Shown here: in pieces, positions 62,382 to 64,000 of the stretch
How the letters are laid out: every line of letters starts with the position of its first letter
Position numbering within the stretch: position 1 is the first letter of the stretch
DNA from: an uncultured Desulfobacterales bacterium
GTDB lineage: Bacteria; Desulfobacterota; DSM-4660; Desulfatiglandales; HGW-15
Direction of reading: 5' to 3'
Assembly: GCA_964450535.1 (NCBI GenBank)
Contig: CAYVDE010000001.1
Location: forward strand, 50,567-114,566
Length of the DNA stretch: 64,000 bases
Position numbers and translations under genes: made by a program
Notes under the pieces: generated by a model
What the model was told of the DNA's origin: nothing
Database searches by the model: none
What the model saw: the letters and a program-made list of their open reading frames with translations, nothing else

Positions 62382-62984
62382 TCAGGTTTTCGCGTTCAGC
62401 CTCCTGTAACGTATAAGCCCGGCTCCGGCAATACCTATGCCAAGCAACAGCACAGTCGCCGGTTCCGGTACCGGTCCAGGTAAATCGCGCCCCGCGTTTC
62501 TGAGCACTCCATCTGCTAAGGCAGGAAACAAACGTGGTTCTCCCCAACTGGTAAACCATAACCAGGTACTACTACCACCAACAGGAATAGGTGGCATCCA
62601 TCCAAACCAAAGAAAATCTCCCGCAGTCCAACCTGCAGTCGGGGTGGTTTCACCAGGACCTGCAGGATCCCAACCAAAGTCCATTAAACGATTATAGGTT
62701 GTAAGTCTTAGATTCTGAAGAGCCCCAATACCACCGCCTAAGTTGTCCTGGATGTTATTTACCTGAAACCTATACTGAAATAGATTAAAAATTGGACTTG
62801 CGACATCTGTTTCCCGCCAGAGCTGGAAACTAATATCAAAAGTCCAACCTGCGCCATCATCAAAGCTATAAATACCATCAAATGTGGAGCCAATAGGATT
62901 AAAAGCTCCAAAAGCACCCCCCTTAAGACCAATTAATACAAAAATAACGAGACCAAAAACAAATAGATTTTTTATTCTTTTCAT
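62382..62984 (-). CDS. PEP-CTERM sorting-domain protein (exosortase cargo)
   Basis: N-terminal signal peptide. C-terminal VPEP motif, then a TM helix and a basic tail: PVPEPATVLLLGIGIAGAGLIRYRR. Confidence 0.85.
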   Translation of the reverse strand: MKRIKNLFVFGLVIFVLIGLKGGAFGAFNPIGSTFDGIYSFDDGAGWTFDISFQLWRETDVASPIFNLFQYRFQVNNIQDNLGGGIGALQNLRLTTYNRLMDFGWDPAGPGETTPTAGWTAGDFLWFGWMPPIPVGGSSTWLWFTSWGEPRLFPALADGVLRNAGRDLPGPVPEPATVLLLGIGIAGAGLIRYRRLNAKT

Positions 62985-63141
62985 CGTTTACCTTCGCTTT
63001 CAGGGGGGGCATGACACAAATCACAAAAACCCTGAAAAAACCTAATCGCAATATCTCAAACAATCAATCAGACGAATTGGAAGTCAACGCCGTTAGGCGA
63101 TTGTCATATCCTAAAAGCAAGGTCAATTCATCATTCTTTAG

Positions 63142-63170
63142 ATTTTGCGGGAGAATAGAATGCTTGTCAA
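63142..63170 (-). promoter_or_regulatory. candidate sigma70 promoter for the PEP-CTERM cargo gene (TTGACA-17-CAAAAT on the minus strand)
   Basis: Read on the reverse complement. The -10 hexamer is weak. It is abutted by the 2x13-nt direct repeat. Confidence 0.3.
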
Positions 63171-63196
63171 TCAAAATCGTTCCTCAAAATCGTTCC
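63171..63196. repeat. perfect tandem direct repeat, 2 x TCAAAATCGTTCC
   Basis: Read directly. It sits immediately upstream of the candidate -35 on the minus strand. Confidence 0.8.
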
Positions 63197-63221
63197 CTGA
63201 TATTAAACGGCCTGAACCGAC

Positions 63222-64000
63222 TCAACGCGCCCACTCAAAAGGCCGCCTCCATGAAAGTGTGAGCATGACGCGATTGTTATCATACTCGTCTATGGGGTCA
63301 TCGCTTTCGCGTTTTCGGTACTGGTACTCCAGACCCAGGGCATACCAGCGATGGAAATCCCACCTTAGCCCGGCTCTCCCCCTATAGACCCTGTCGTCCC
63401 GAATTGCACGCTCCCTATCGTTCTCGCGAAATGAAAGCCCTGAATAGAACCTGAGTTCGTCAGTTAACCTGTGGCTGAAGCCCACTCCGACTGTCCAATA
63501 ACGGGTAAATCCCCATCGACGCTCATCCAGATAACCTTCATCCCATCCTCTTTCCACACGCACGCTCAAGTCGCCTCTTTGGAGGGTCTTCTCCAGTTGA
63601 GCGCCATACAGAAGGCCGCTCTGATCATCACCTGCCGAGTCTGCCTGCTGAAACGCCCCTGCATGGGTCTCGAGCCGCAGGGTCTCGGAGAAGTCATGGT
63701 CAAGGCCCACCGTACCTTGGTGAACCACATAGTCCTCTTCGGGATCGTTCGAATCTCTGATTCTCAAAGCGTAGTGAATGGATCCCTGGGTGCGCTGAGA
63801 AAGGCGGTGGAGGTAACCCAGGCGAATATTGTGTGCATCGATAGGTTCGTCGCGGCCCCCTATTTGATTGTCCTGGAAATCATACCTGGTGAAGGTATAA
63901 CCCGCATCCATTCCGTGTTTATTATCAAACCAGTATGTCACCTGTCCAAAAGGTCCATGCCAAGTCCTTTTACTAGAGGGGTATCGCAGGAAGTTGTGAC
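63222..64000 (-). CDS. outer-membrane beta-barrel protein (PEP-CTERM-locus-associated type suspected), 5' end beyond the window
   Basis: Alternating Y/R/D/G beta-strand pattern (RAGLRWDFHRWYALGLEYQYRKRES). The frame stays open to position 64000. Confidence 0.5.
   Translation of the reverse strand, partial: HNFLRYPSSKRTWHGPFGQVTYWFDNKHGMDAGYTFTRYDFQDNQIGGRDEPIDAHNIRLGYLHRLSQRTQGSIHYALRIRDSNDPEEDYVVHQGTVGLDHDFSETLRLETHAGAFQQADSAGDDQSGLLYGAQLEKTLQRGDLSVRVERGWDEGYLDERRWGFTRYWTVGVGFSHRLTDELRFYSGLSFRENDRERAIRDDRVYRGRAGLRWDFHRWYALGLEYQYRKRESDDPIDEYDNNRVMLTLSWRRPFEWAR

Noticed and set aside
61567-62559. 330-aa minus-strand ORF spanning the lipoprotein gene, the terminator and part of the PEP-CTERM gene
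   Set aside because: It runs straight through a strong bidirectional terminator and overlaps two better-supported genes. Judged spurious.
1-64000. tRNA, rRNA, tmRNA or riboswitch candidates in intergenic gaps
   Set aside because: I scanned the gaps by eye and saw no cloverleaf-compatible or otherwise recognisable structured-RNA sequence. This is a weak negative without covariance-model tools.

Overview
GC-rich chromosomal segment. The gene content looks like an anaerobic Desulfobacterota (deltaproteobacterium-like) organism, but that taxon call is only inference. I support about 62 protein genes. I saw no rRNA, tRNA, CRISPR array, transposase or integrase. Layout, left to right: (1) a second-messenger block: Roadblock/LC7, cNMP-binding+PilZ, cNMP-binding, EAL+HDOD. 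(2) About 3.8-21 kb: an aryl-polyene-like type II PKS/FAS lipid cluster with AMP-ligase, 2 ACP, 2 KS, KR, 2 hotdog dehydratases, thioesterase, LolA-like carrier, MMPL exporter, GT2 and LPLAT. It also carries four additions not in my recollection of the canonical set: a B12-binding radical SAM enzyme, a DAK2-DegV fusion, a PlsC acyltransferase and an APH-type kinase. (3) Assorted housekeeping genes: flavin reductase, class II aldolase, HIT, HNH, hydrolase, Fe-S flavoprotein. (4) A minus-strand operon: EF-G paralog, KaiC-like ATPase, AmpG, an unlisted 54-codon zinc-ribbon ORF with an in-frame TGA and a SECIS-like hairpin, Map, QueG. (5) A beta-oxidation operon: SDR, FadB-like, thiolase, ACAD. 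(6) CoADR/Nox, a class III cyclase, and a partner-switching operon: STAS, RsbW-like kinase, periplasmic binding protein, Cache-HAMP-PP2C. (7) UDP-diacetamido-sugar genes, followed by a HepT/MntA toxin-antitoxin pair. (8) A PEP-CTERM-type exopolysaccharide locus running off the right edge. Many intergenic gaps also carry short tandem repeats of two core families, AGGTGT and TTCGTG. The best candidates for something new are the modified APE-like lipid cluster, the candidate small selenoprotein, the EF-G/KaiC-like pair and the binding-protein-containing partner-switching module. All calls come from reading the sequence and recalling motifs; no searches were run.
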